From Lysobacterales bacterium (GTDB taxonomy: Bacteria; Pseudomonadota; Gammaproteobacteria; Xanthomonadales; Xanthomonadaceae), in the NCBI GenBank assembly GCA_019510125.1, contig JAEKKX010000005.1, positions 46,009-110,008 on the forward strand: a DNA stretch of 64,000 nt. Reading direction: 5' to 3'. A program made the translations under genes and the position numbers. The notes under the pieces were generated by a model, which worked only from the letters and a program-made list of their open reading frames with translations, made no database searches and was not told the DNA's origin. The number at the start of each line of letters is the position of its first letter. Position 1 is the stretch's first letter. Shown here in pieces: positions 45,401 through 53,571 of the stretch.

Positions 45401-46609
45401 ATGACCAAGATCATCCAGGACGCCTACATCGTCGCCGCCACCCGCACCCCGGTCGGCAAGGCCCCCAAGGGCGTCTTCCGCAACACCCGCCCCGACGAAA
45501 TGCTCGCGCACGTGCTGCGCAACGTCGTCGCCCAGGCCCCGGGCATCGACACCTCGCGCATCGACGACGCCATCATCGGCTGCGCGATGCCCGAGGGCGA
45601 ACAGGGCATGAACGTCGCCCGCATCGGCGCGCTGCTCGCCGGCCTGCCCAACACCGTCGCCGCGCAGACCATCAACCGCTTCTGCTCGTCCGGCCTGCAG
45701 GCCGTGGCGCTGGCCGCCGACCAGATCCGCCTCGGCAACGCCGACCTGATGCTCGCCGGCGGCACCGAATCGATGTCGATGGTGCCGATGATGGGCAACA
45801 AGGTCGCGCTCAGCCCCGAAGTCTTCGCGAAGAACGAGAACGTCGCGATCGCCTACGGCATGGGCATCACCGCCGAGAAGGTCGCCGAGGAGTGGAAGGT
45901 CTCGCGCGAGGACCAGGACGCGTTCGCCCTCGCCTCGCACCAGAAGGCGATCGCCGCGATCCAGGCCGGCGAATTCAAGTCCGAGATCTCGCCCTACGAA
46001 GTGATCGCCCGCCTCCCCGACCTCGCCGGCAACGCGGTGCGGGTGAAGAAGACGCTGGTCGAGATCGACGAGGGCCCGCGCCCGGATTCGTCGCTCGAAG
46101 GCCTCGCCAAGCTCAAGCCGGTCTTCCGCAACGGCATGTTCGGCGGCACCGTCACCGCCGGCAACGCCTCGCAGATGAGCGACGGCGCCGCCGCGGTGCT
46201 GCTGGCCTCCGAGCAGGCGATCAAGGACTACGGCCTGACCCCGCTCGCCCGCTTCGTCAGCTTCTCGGTCGCCGGCGTGCGCCCGGAAGTGATGGGCATC
46301 GGCCCGATCGCCGCGATCCCGAAGGCGCTCAAGCAGGCCGGCCTGACGAAGGACCAGATCGACTGGATCGAGCTCAACGAAGCCTTCGCCGCGCAGGCGC
46401 TGGCGGTGATCCGCGACCTCGGCCTCGACCCGTCGAAGGTCAATCCGCTGGGCGGCGCGATCGCCCTGGGCCACCCGCTGGGCGCCACCGGCGCGATCCG
46501 CACCGCGACGATCGTGCACGGCCTGCGCCGCCGCCGGCAGAAGTACGGCATGGTGACGATGTGCATCGGCACCGGCATGGGCGCGGCGGGCATCATCGAA
46601 GCGCTCTGA
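45401..46609 (+). CDS. fadA: Acetyl-CoA C-acyltransferase (3-ketoacyl-CoA thiolase)
   Basis: A 402-aa ORF with thiolase motifs [10 protein letters not shown] (active Cys), NEAFAAQ and [11 protein letters not shown]. Confidence 0.95.
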   Translation: MTKIIQDAYIVAATRTPVGKAPKGVFRNTRPDEMLAHVLRNVVAQAPGIDTSRIDDAIIGCAMPEGEQGMNVARIGALLAGLPNTVAAQTINRFCSSGLQAVALAADQIRLGNADLMLAGGTESMSMVPMMGNKVALSPEVFAKNENVAIAYGMGITAEKVAEEWKVSREDQDAFALASHQKAIAAIQAGEFKSEISPYEVIARLPDLAGNAVRVKKTLVEIDEGPRPDSSLEGLAKLKPVFRNGMFGGTVTAGNASQMSDGAAAVLLASEQAIKDYGLTPLARFVSFSVAGVRPEVMGIGPIAAIPKALKQAGLTKDQIDWIELNEAFAAQALAVIRDLGLDPSKVNPLGGAIALGHPLGATGAIRTATIVHGLRRRRQKYGMVTMCIGTGMGAAGIIEAL

Positions 46610-46635
46610 TCGGCGAACCTCCTGTCGGCCGCATC

Positions 46636-46663
46636 GCGACGGGGCGCTTCGGCGCCCCGTCGC
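46636..46663. terminator. GC-rich hairpin between convergent fadA and the diguanylate cyclase gene (bidirectional terminator candidate)
   Basis: gcgacggggcgc-ttcg-gcgccccgtcgc forms a 12-bp perfect stem. There is no strong T-run on either side. Confidence 0.5.
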
Positions 46664-46673
46664 GCATCCGGGC

Positions 46674-48176
46674 TCAGGCCGGCTCGCAGATCAGGCCTTC
46701 TTCCTGCGCGATGCGGTCGCGACCGCCGCGCTTGGCCACGTAGAGCGCGGAGTCCGCGCGCAGCCACAGCGTCTCGTAGCCCTCGCTGAGGTCCAGCAGG
46801 GTCGCCACGCCGATGCTCAGCCCCGGCCGCAGGTCGGTCGCGAACGGATAGCGGGCTTCGCGGACGCCCTGCAGCAGTCGCTGCGCCGCCGACGCGGCCT
46901 GCGCGGCGTCGCTGCCCGGCAGCAGCGCGCAGAATTCGTCGCCGCCGAGGCGGCCGAGCAGGTCCTTGCCGCCGAGCGTGGTCAGGCCGATGCGCACGAT
47001 CAGGCACAGCGCGGCATCGCCGGCGGCGTGCCCGTGGCGATCGTTGATGGTCTTGAGGTTGTCGAGGTCGAGCATCAGCATCGACACCGGCTCGCCGCGC
47101 AGCCGCGACTGCTCGATCGCCTTCTCCGACATCTCGACGAAGAAATGGCGGTTGTAGGCGCCGGTCAGCGCGTCCTGGATCAACAAGCGGCGCAGGCGCG
47201 CGTTGTCCGCGTAGAGCTGCGGCACCGACAGGCCGAAATAGCTGGCCGCGGCCAGGGTGATCATCGCGAACTGCAGCAGCAGCGCGTACTCGCCCAGCCG
47301 CAGCGCATGGACCAGCACCGCGAGCACGGCGCTGAACGCGGCGATCGAGATCAGCGACTCGGTGGCGCCCTGGGTGTGGACGATCCACAGTTGCAGCACG
47401 ATCGACACGAAGACCAGGAACAGCAGCGGGTCGTTGCCGGGCATCGCGGCGATGGCGGCCAGGGACAGCGCGGTGGCGCCGAGGACCAGCAGCAGCTTCA
47501 TCGCCAGCCCGAACGGATCGCGCAGCGGCCGCGGCACGTCGTCGAAGGCGTGCAGGCGATGCGGGCAGCGGATGCCCAGGCGGTCGGCGACGTTGCGGAA
47601 AGCGAGGATCAGCAGCGGACCGATCGCGACCAGCCCGGCGTAGTCGCCGACCATCAGCGGCAGGGTCAGCGCCCACAGCCCCCCCTGCGGCAACAGCCCC
47701 AGATCGCGCGTCACCAGCGCCGCGGCGAACGCCGCCAGGGCGGCCGCGCCGAGGCCCGCGATCAGGAAGGTGGCGACCGTCTTCGGCAGCGACGGCATCG
47801 CGTTGCGCGGGATCGAGCGGAGCACGATCTTCGCCAGCAACCAGTAGGGGACTGCATGCGACAGCGCGTAGCCGAGGCCCCCGGACAGCACGCGCCAGGC
47901 GTCCAGCGGCAGCGCCAGCGCATGGATCGTCCACCACCACGCCCAGGCGTTGGCCAGCAGGACGGCCGGCCAGGCGCGCCGGCGGAAGACCATGAAGGCC
48001 GCGAAGCTGACCGCGGCGGGCGGGTACCAGAGGCTGGCCGCGTTGCGGTAATCCAGCAGGCTCGCCGCATGGAACGACACGATCCACAGCACCAGCACGA
48101 GCGACATCGCCGGCAATGTTCGCGACCACGGTTCCTGTCGACCGCCGTTGGCCGAGCCCCCTGTGGTCTTCCCCAT
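46674..48176 (-). CDS. Diguanylate cyclase (GGDEF) with polytopic N-terminal membrane sensor domain (MASE1-like)
   Basis: ATG 48176 has GGGGGA about 9 nt upstream; an alternative ATG is at 48107. About 8 hydrophobic helices are followed by GGDEF-domain motifs YNRHFF, DLDNLKTINDRHGHAAGD and GRLGGDEF. No RxxD I-site is seen. Confidence 0.85.
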   Translation of the reverse strand: MGKTTGGSANGGRQEPWSRTLPAMSLVLVLWIVSFHAASLLDYRNAASLWYPPAAVSFAAFMVFRRRAWPAVLLANAWAWWWTIHALALPLDAWRVLSGGLGYALSHAVPYWLLAKIVLRSIPRNAMPSLPKTVATFLIAGLGAAALAAFAAALVTRDLGLLPQGGLWALTLPLMVGDYAGLVAIGPLLILAFRNVADRLGIRCPHRLHAFDDVPRPLRDPFGLAMKLLLVLGATALSLAAIAAMPGNDPLLFLVFVSIVLQLWIVHTQGATESLISIAAFSAVLAVLVHALRLGEYALLLQFAMITLAAASYFGLSVPQLYADNARLRRLLIQDALTGAYNRHFFVEMSEKAIEQSRLRGEPVSMLMLDLDNLKTINDRHGHAAGDAALCLIVRIGLTTLGGKDLLGRLGGDEFCALLPGSDAAQAASAAQRLLQGVREARYPFATDLRPGLSIGVATLLDLSEGYETLWLRADSALYVAKRGGRDRIAQEEGLICEPA

Positions 48177-48450
48177 CCGCGACCATCCCCCTGCGAGTCC
48201 AGTTGCGCTCCCAGCCGTCCCTGTCCATCCCTCCGTCGGTTCCCTCCGGCCTCCGACGCCTGAAGGATAGCCCAGTCCGCGGCGGATGCAGGCGCCGCCG
48301 CAAGGAATTTGCCGTCCTCCCGACCGGCCCGGGCGCGCCCGGGGCGCGACGGACCGCCTGCTAGACTGCGGCCAGACGCAGCCGCCGGGCTGCCATGCTT
48401 CGGGCCACGGACAGGCTTTCGTCGGGCTCGCCCTCGTTCCGTGCAGCCCG

Positions 48451-50202
48451 ATGCCCACGCCGCCTCCCCGCCTCGCCCTGCTCGTCCTGCGCAACCTGTG
48501 GCCGTTCCTGCGGCGGCAGGGCTGGCTGCTGGCGCTGTGGCTGGCGACGCTGGCGGCCTCGGGAGCGGCCACGTTGATCCTCCCGCATGCGTTCGGACGG
48601 ATGCTCGACGCGGGCTTCCAGCGCGGCGACGTCGCCGATCGCGCGTTCGGGCTGATGTTCTGCGCGGCGATCGCCTACGCCGTCAGCAGCGCCGCCCAGT
48701 TCTGGTCGATGACCTACCTCGGCGAACGGGTGGTCGCCGATCTGCGCACCCGGCTGTACGCGCACCTGATCGGGCTGGACGCCGGCTTCCACGACGGCGT
48801 GCGCAGCGGCGAACTGCTGTCGCGGCTGGGCAGCGACGCCGAACTGCTCCGCCAGCTCGTCGGCAGCGCGCTGCCGGTCGCGCTGGGCAGCGCCATCGCG
48901 GTCGTCGGCGGCCTCTCGATGCTGATCGTCACCAGCCCGGAACTCGCGGCCTGGTCGCTGCTGGTGCTGCCGCTGAGCGCCATCCCGGTGATGATCAACG
49001 GCAAGCGTCTCGCCCGGATCGCGCGCGACGCCCAGGACCGCGTCGCCGAAGCGAACGCGCGCGCCGCCGAAACGCTCGCCGCCGCCGACACCGTGCGCGC
49101 CCACGCGCGCGAAGCGCACGAGCGCGGGCGCTACGCCGACGCGCTGCGGCGGGCGGTGCGCGCCGCCGATCGCCGGATCGTCGTCCAGGCGCTGATCACC
49201 TTCGCCGCCACCGCACTGGTGTTCGGCGTCTTGCTCACCGTGCTGTGGCGCGGCGTCCGCGGCGTCGTCGACCACGACCTCACCGTCGGCGGCCTCGGCC
49301 AGTTCGTCGGCTACGCGATGCTGTGCGGGCTGTCCTTCGGCCAGTTGATCGAAATCTGGAACGACGTCCAGCGCGCCGCCGGCGGCATGGGCCGCATCCG
49401 CGAACTGCTCGAACGCACGCCGGCGATCCTGCCGCCGGCGCGGCCCGAACCGCTGCCCCGTCCGCTGCGCGGCGCACTGCGCTTCGAGTCGGTCGGATTC
49501 CGCTATCCGTCGCGGCCCGGGCACGCCGCGCTGGACGGCTTCGACCTGCAGATCGCGCCCGGCGAACGCGTCGCCCTGGTCGGTCCGTCCGGGGCCGGCA
49601 AGAGCACCGTGCTGTCGCTGCTGCTGCGTTTCCACGACCCGGCCGCCGGGCGGGTGCTGGCCGATGGCGTCGATCTGCGCCGGTTCGATCCGGCTGCGTG
49701 GCGCGGCGCGGTCGCGCTGGTGCCGCAGGCGCCGACGCTGTTCGCGGCGACCGTCGCCGAGAACCTGCGCTATGCCCGGCTCGATGCGGACGACGACGCA
49801 CTGCGCGACGCGCTGCGCACCGCCAACGCGCTCGACTTCGTCGAGGTCCTGCCGCAGGGCCTGGATACGCCGCTGGGCGAGCGCGGCGTGCTGCTGTCCG
49901 GCGGCCAGCGGCAGCGGATCGCGATCGCGCGGGCGGTGCTGGCGGACGCGCCGGTGCTGCTGCTGGACGAGGCGACCAGCGCGCTCGACGCGCAGAGCGA
50001 ACGCGCGATCCAGGAGGCGCTGGACACGCTGATGCGCGGGCGCACCACCGTGGTCGTCGCGCATCGGCTGGCCACGGTGAAGAAGGCGGACCGGATCGTG
50101 GTCATGGATCGCGGCGGGATCGTCGCCGAAGGCACCCACGCGACCCTGCTGGCGCAGGGCGGTCTGTACGCGGAACTCGCGAACCTGCAGTTCCTGTCCT
50201 GA
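48451..50202 (+). CDS. ABC transporter, fused permease/ATP-binding exporter (MsbA/ABCB-like half transporter)
   Basis: Starts at ATG 48451 (MPTPPPRLALLVLRNLWPFL...). Six TM helices are followed by Walker A GPSGAGKST, signature LSGGQRQR and Walker B LLLDEATSALD. Confidence 0.9.
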   Translation: MPTPPPRLALLVLRNLWPFLRRQGWLLALWLATLAASGAATLILPHAFGRMLDAGFQRGDVADRAFGLMFCAAIAYAVSSAAQFWSMTYLGERVVADLRTRLYAHLIGLDAGFHDGVRSGELLSRLGSDAELLRQLVGSALPVALGSAIAVVGGLSMLIVTSPELAAWSLLVLPLSAIPVMINGKRLARIARDAQDRVAEANARAAETLAAADTVRAHAREAHERGRYADALRRAVRAADRRIVVQALITFAATALVFGVLLTVLWRGVRGVVDHDLTVGGLGQFVGYAMLCGLSFGQLIEIWNDVQRAAGGMGRIRELLERTPAILPPARPEPLPRPLRGALRFESVGFRYPSRPGHAALDGFDLQIAPGERVALVGPSGAGKSTVLSLLLRFHDPAAGRVLADGVDLRRFDPAAWRGAVALVPQAPTLFAATVAENLRYARLDADDDALRDALRTANALDFVEVLPQGLDTPLGERGVLLSGGQRQRIAIARAVLADAPVLLLDEATSALDAQSERAIQEALDTLMRGRTTVVVAHRLATVKKADRIVVMDRGGIVAEGTHATLLAQGGLYAELANLQFLS

Positions 50203-50224
50203 GCGTCCTTTTCCGTGCGGCGCC

Positions 50225-50830
50225 TCAGACGGGGTCAGCGTCCGGCGAACGCGCCCCGGCGGCTGCAGCCTCGTCCGCGGTCTCGTCTGGACGCGCTTCC
50301 ATCTGGGCGCGGAAGCTCGCCCAGTCGGCATCGCCGATGAAATCACTGGCGATCACCGCGCCGTCGGCATCGACGAACAGGTAGAACGGCGCCGCGTTGC
50401 GCGGATTCAGGCGCTGCGCCACGGCCTCGTCGATCCGCAGCGCATGCGGCAGCAGCGGCGTGTCGCGCAGGTAGTCGCGGGCCCGGGCCGGACGCGCGTT
50501 CACGAACACCCACAGCCCGACCCCGGCCCGGCGCATCGCCGGATGCAGCCGGACCAGTTCCTCGCGGCGCGCGCTGCAGGCGGCGCAGCCCGGCGAGAGG
50601 AACACCAGCACCGCCGGCGTGCCGCGCAGCGATCCGGAGGCGACCGCCGCACCGCCGGACAGCGGTCGCGCCGAAAACGCCGGCAGCGGCGTGCCCGGCG
50701 GCAGCGTAGCCGGCAGGCGCTCGCGTTCGCGCGCGGCGACGATCGCGGCCAGGCGCAGCGTCAACAGCAAATTCAGCGCCACCGATGCGGTCAGCAGTGC
50801 CAGCACGACGAGCACGAACGTCGGGGCCAT
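50225..50830 (-). CDS. Membrane-anchored TlpA/MauD-like thioredoxin-fold redoxin (CxxC = CAAC)
   Basis: A 201-aa ORF with an N-terminal TM (FVLVVLALLTASVALNLLLTL) and the thioredoxin-fold motif VLVFLSPGCAACS. It is directly downstream of, and in frame with, the MauE-like gene. Confidence 0.75.
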   Translation of the reverse strand: MAPTFVLVVLALLTASVALNLLLTLRLAAIVAARERERLPATLPPGTPLPAFSARPLSGGAAVASGSLRGTPAVLVFLSPGCAACSARREELVRLHPAMRRAGVGLWVFVNARPARARDYLRDTPLLPHALRIDEAVAQRLNPRNAAPFYLFVDADGAVIASDFIGDADWASFRAQMEARPDETADEAAAAGARSPDADPV

Positions 50831-50834
50831 GGCT

Positions 50835-50909
50835 CAGTCCACCATCGCCCGGTCCGACATCGCTCGGTCCGTCATCGCCGGGTCCGTCATCGCTCAGTCC
50901 GCCTTCGCC
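50835..50909. repeat. 15-nt tandem repeat, 5 units, spanning the MauE-like stop codon and the MauE/MauD-like spacer
   Basis: The units are cagtccaccatcgcc / cggtccgacatcgct / cggtccgtcatcgcc / gggtccgtcatcgct / cagtccgccttcgcc. Confidence 0.85.
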
Positions 50910-51433
50910 CGCAGCAGCCACGCCAGCTCGCGCAGGCGCACCGTCGCCACCACGCCGACGACGGCCAGCCCGGCCAGGATCGCTTCCAGTGGCCACGGCA
51001 GCGACAGCGGCCCGCGCAGCAGCACGACGCACGACGCCGCGATCAGCACGAGGTTGCGGACCACATCGAGGCCGTCCATGCGCCGGCCGGACGCGCCGAA
51101 GCACGTGCAGACGATCGCGCGGCCGTCGAGGATCGACAGCGAGATGACGACCGTGAACGACGCGAACAGCGCGAGCCCGCAGATCGCGCCGTACTGCGCG
51201 ACCGTGCCGAGCGGCGCGGACATCCCGCCGGCCAGCAGCGCCGCGGCGATGGCCCACTCCGCCGCGACGATGGCGAAGGCCAGCGCCGCATCGGCCCGGC
51301 CGAGCACGGGAAACGCCTCGGACAGGCTGCGCCGGAATGCGTCGAACCCGCCGGACTTGCCCCGGGCGGCCGCCAGCAGCGACAGCGCCACGTACCAGCG
51401 CGCGAGCACGGCGACGAGGTCGAGCGCGGTCAC
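50894..51433 (-). CDS. MauE/DoxX-family redox-associated membrane protein
   Basis: Four hydrophobic helices and the family motif CTCFG...VVRNLVL. GTG 51433 overlaps the upstream stop (GTGA). An alternative ATG at 51448 would give a 19-nt overlap. Confidence 0.75.
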   Translation of the reverse strand: MTALDLVAVLARWYVALSLLAAARGKSGGFDAFRRSLSEAFPVLGRADAALAFAIVAAEWAIAAALLAGGMSAPLGTVAQYGAICGLALFASFTVVISLSILDGRAIVCTCFGASGRRMDGLDVVRNLVLIAASCVVLLRGPLSLPWPLEAILAGLAVVGVVATVRLRELAWLLRAKAD

Positions 51434-52329
51434 GGCACCGGCTCCCAACGCCCCGCCGGCGCATCCCGTCGACGCAGGCGTCGCTGCGCGTCCTCCGCGG
51501 TGGCGATCACGGCGTCGTGCCAGTGGTCGTCCTCATCGCGCCTGGATTCGGGTTCCGCGAGCCGACGCAGTTCGCACCCGGCGTCCCGGGCGGCCGCTTC
51601 CAGCGCGGTGTCGCGCACGACCGGCAGGCCGATCCGCCGCAGGTCGTCCGCGGTCAACGCGCAGGCGGGCGCGTCGAACCCGTACAGCAGCGTGGACACG
51701 ATCTCCGCGTGCGCCTCGCGCGGTCGCGCGCCGTGCGGCAGCGACAGCAGCTCCCCGCCGATCCGCTCCAGTTCGCGGGTGCTGCGATGGAGCGCGGTGA
51801 GCGTGGTCGGGAAGACGTTGTCGCACAGCCGCTGCAGGCTCTCCTCCCGCGCCTCCGGTCGCTCCGGGCCGAACCCGTCGCGCAGCCTGCGCCAGCACGG
51901 GCGGAAATCCTCCGAGGACATCGCCGATGGCCCGTCGTCGCCGTCTGCGGCCGGGAAGTGCGGACCGATCGGCGAGAAGACCGCCATCGGGCCGGCGACG
52001 ATCTCGTGCGCCGCCAGCGCCAGCACCGTCCCTGCGGATTCGCAGCGGTTCGGCACGAGGAAGGTCAGTCGCCTGGCGAAGGCATGCAGCAGCAGCGCGA
52101 TCCGCCGCGCGGCGTTGACCTCGCCGCCGCGGCATTCCACCACCACGGCGAGCCGTTCGACCGGGCCGAGCGTGCGCAGCGCCTCGTACAACGGCGGCAG
52201 CAGGTCGATCTCCAGGCGCGACGCCGAAAGCGCCAGCGCCCGCCCGGGACGCAGCGCTTCCAGCGCGCGGAGGTGCGCGCGGATCGACACCGTCGTGCCG
52301 CGACCGCGCGGTGCTGCCGAGCCTTCCAT
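51430..52329 (-). CDS. SDH-family (serine dehydrogenase proteinase-like) Clp-fold serine protease
   Basis: Starts at ATG 52329 (MEGSAAPRGRG...). The core LAVVVECRGGEVNAARRIALLLHAFARRLTFLVPNRCESAGTVLALAAHEIVAGPMAVFSPIGP parallels the SDH/ClpP-fold consensus (TpGG...vP..A.SgGTliALAAdEIvm...a.lGPvDP) recalled from memory. The start is uncertain, with a possible GTG at 52401. Confidence 0.65.
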   Translation of the reverse strand: MEGSAAPRGRGTTVSIRAHLRALEALRPGRALALSASRLEIDLLPPLYEALRTLGPVERLAVVVECRGGEVNAARRIALLLHAFARRLTFLVPNRCESAGTVLALAAHEIVAGPMAVFSPIGPHFPAADGDDGPSAMSSEDFRPCWRRLRDGFGPERPEAREESLQRLCDNVFPTTLTALHRSTRELERIGGELLSLPHGARPREAHAEIVSTLLYGFDAPACALTADDLRRIGLPVVRDTALEAAARDAGCELRRLAEPESRRDEDDHWHDAVIATAEDAQRRLRRRDAPAGRWEPVP

Positions 52330-52641
52330 GCGCCCTGCTTCGGGTCTCAGCGGGCGGCCGGCTCGAATGCGGACAGCGGTTTCCGGGTTTCCATCGGGCA
52401 CCTTCCTTTTCCATGGGTTGGCATCGCGCGCTGCACGTCCCGCACCGGGATCCGTCTCCCGGACGTCGTCCGCAAGCTGTCGACGGCGGCGGGACGCCGG
52501 ACCGTTATAGCAGATCGCCCCTCGCGCCCGGCCGCCTGCCCGGGGCGACGATCCGAGCGCAGGGACGGCCGCAGGCGCGTACCGCGACGGCGGCCGCGGC
52601 GGGCGTGGTGACGATGGCCCGGTTCGGTACGGTCGTCCGCT

Positions 52642-53553
52642 TCAGTCCAGATCGACCACGCCGAGTTCGCTGAGGGCGTCCTGCATCATCCCGCGGGCGG
52701 CGTCGCTGAGCGTCTCGTGGTCGAGGGCGTAGCGGATGGTGGCCTCGATCAGGCCCAGGTGGGTGCCGCAATCGAAGCGCGTGCCCTGGAAGCGGTAGGC
52801 ATGCACCGGCCGCTCGGCGAGCAGCTTGGCGATGGCGTCGGTGAGCTGGATCTCGCCGCCGGCGCCCGGCGTGGTCTTTTCCAGCAGGTCGAAGATGCGG
52901 CCGTCGAGCACGTAGCGCCCGACCACGGCGAGGTTGCTCGGGGCGACCTCGGGCCTGGGCTTCTCGACGATCGCGCGGATCGGCGCGCTGCGGCCGTCGA
53001 AGTCGCCGGTGGCGACGATGCCGTAGCTGCCGGTCTGCGCCGGCGGCACGTCCTGCACCGCGATCACGCTGGCGCCGGTGGCCTCGGCCTCGTCGGCCAT
53101 CTGCCGCAGCGCGCCGGGGCCGCCCGCCCCACGCTGGCGATTCCAGATCAGGTCGTCCGGCAGCAGCACCGCGAAGGGTTCGTCGCCGACGATGGGCTTC
53201 GCGCACAGCACCGCGTGGCCCAGACCCAGCGCCTCGGCCTGGGTCACGAACACCGCGCGCACGTGCGGCGGCAGGATGTTGCGCACGAGGTCGAGCTGTT
53301 CGGTCCTGCCGGACTTCTCCAGCTTCTGCTCCAGCTCGTAGGCCTTGTCGAAATAGTCCGCGACCGCGTGCTTGTAGCGGTTGGTGACGAACACCAGCGT
53401 GTCGCAGCCCGCCTCGACGGCCTCGTCCACCGCGTACTGGATCAGCGGCCGGTCGACGATCGGCAGCATTTCCTTGGGGACGGTCTTGGTCGCGGGGAGG
53501 AACCGGGTGCCGAGGCCGGCCACGGGGAATACGGCTTTGCGGATGCGGGTCAT
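52642..53553 (-). CDS. galU: UTP-glucose-1-phosphate uridylyltransferase
   Basis: A 303-aa ORF with [35 protein letters not shown]. Confidence 0.96.
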   Translation of the reverse strand: MTRIRKAVFPVAGLGTRFLPATKTVPKEMLPIVDRPLIQYAVDEAVEAGCDTLVFVTNRYKHAVADYFDKAYELEQKLEKSGRTEQLDLVRNILPPHVRAVFVTQAEALGLGHAVLCAKPIVGDEPFAVLLPDDLIWNRQRGAGGPGALRQMADEAEATGASVIAVQDVPPAQTGSYGIVATGDFDGRSAPIRAIVEKPRPEVAPSNLAVVGRYVLDGRIFDLLEKTTPGAGGEIQLTDAIAKLLAERPVHAYRFQGTRFDCGTHLGLIEATIRYALDHETLSDAARGMMQDALSELGVVDLD

Positions 53554-53571
53554 GCGGTCGGGAATGGGGTG

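Noticed and set aside
48177-48450. Hidden small gene or RNA in the 274-nt divergent region between the diguanylate cyclase and the ABC exporter
   Set aside because: There is no ORF with an SD or normal composition, no terminator-like hairpin and no repeat. It is most simply two divergent promoter/leader regions.
50834-50890. The 18-aa repeat-encoded ORF (MTDPAMTDRAMSDRAMVD) as a RiPP or disulfide-peptide precursor for the MauE/MauD-like pair
   Set aside because: It has no Cys, no leader/core organisation and no SD. It is most simply a by-product of the 15-nt repeat.
50834-50896. Selenocysteine recoding of the in-frame TGA codons between the MauE-like and MauD-like genes
   Set aside because: The sequence downstream of each TGA consists of direct repeats, not inverted ones. 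No SECIS-like hairpin can form next to the codon, and nothing suggests a redox-active Sec position in a linker.
51533-52414. 293-aa alternative-frame ORF overlapping the protease gene
   Set aside because: It is an Arg/Ala/Gly/Pro-rich out-of-frame shadow of the SDH-type protease ORF, which carries the recognisable Clp-fold core.
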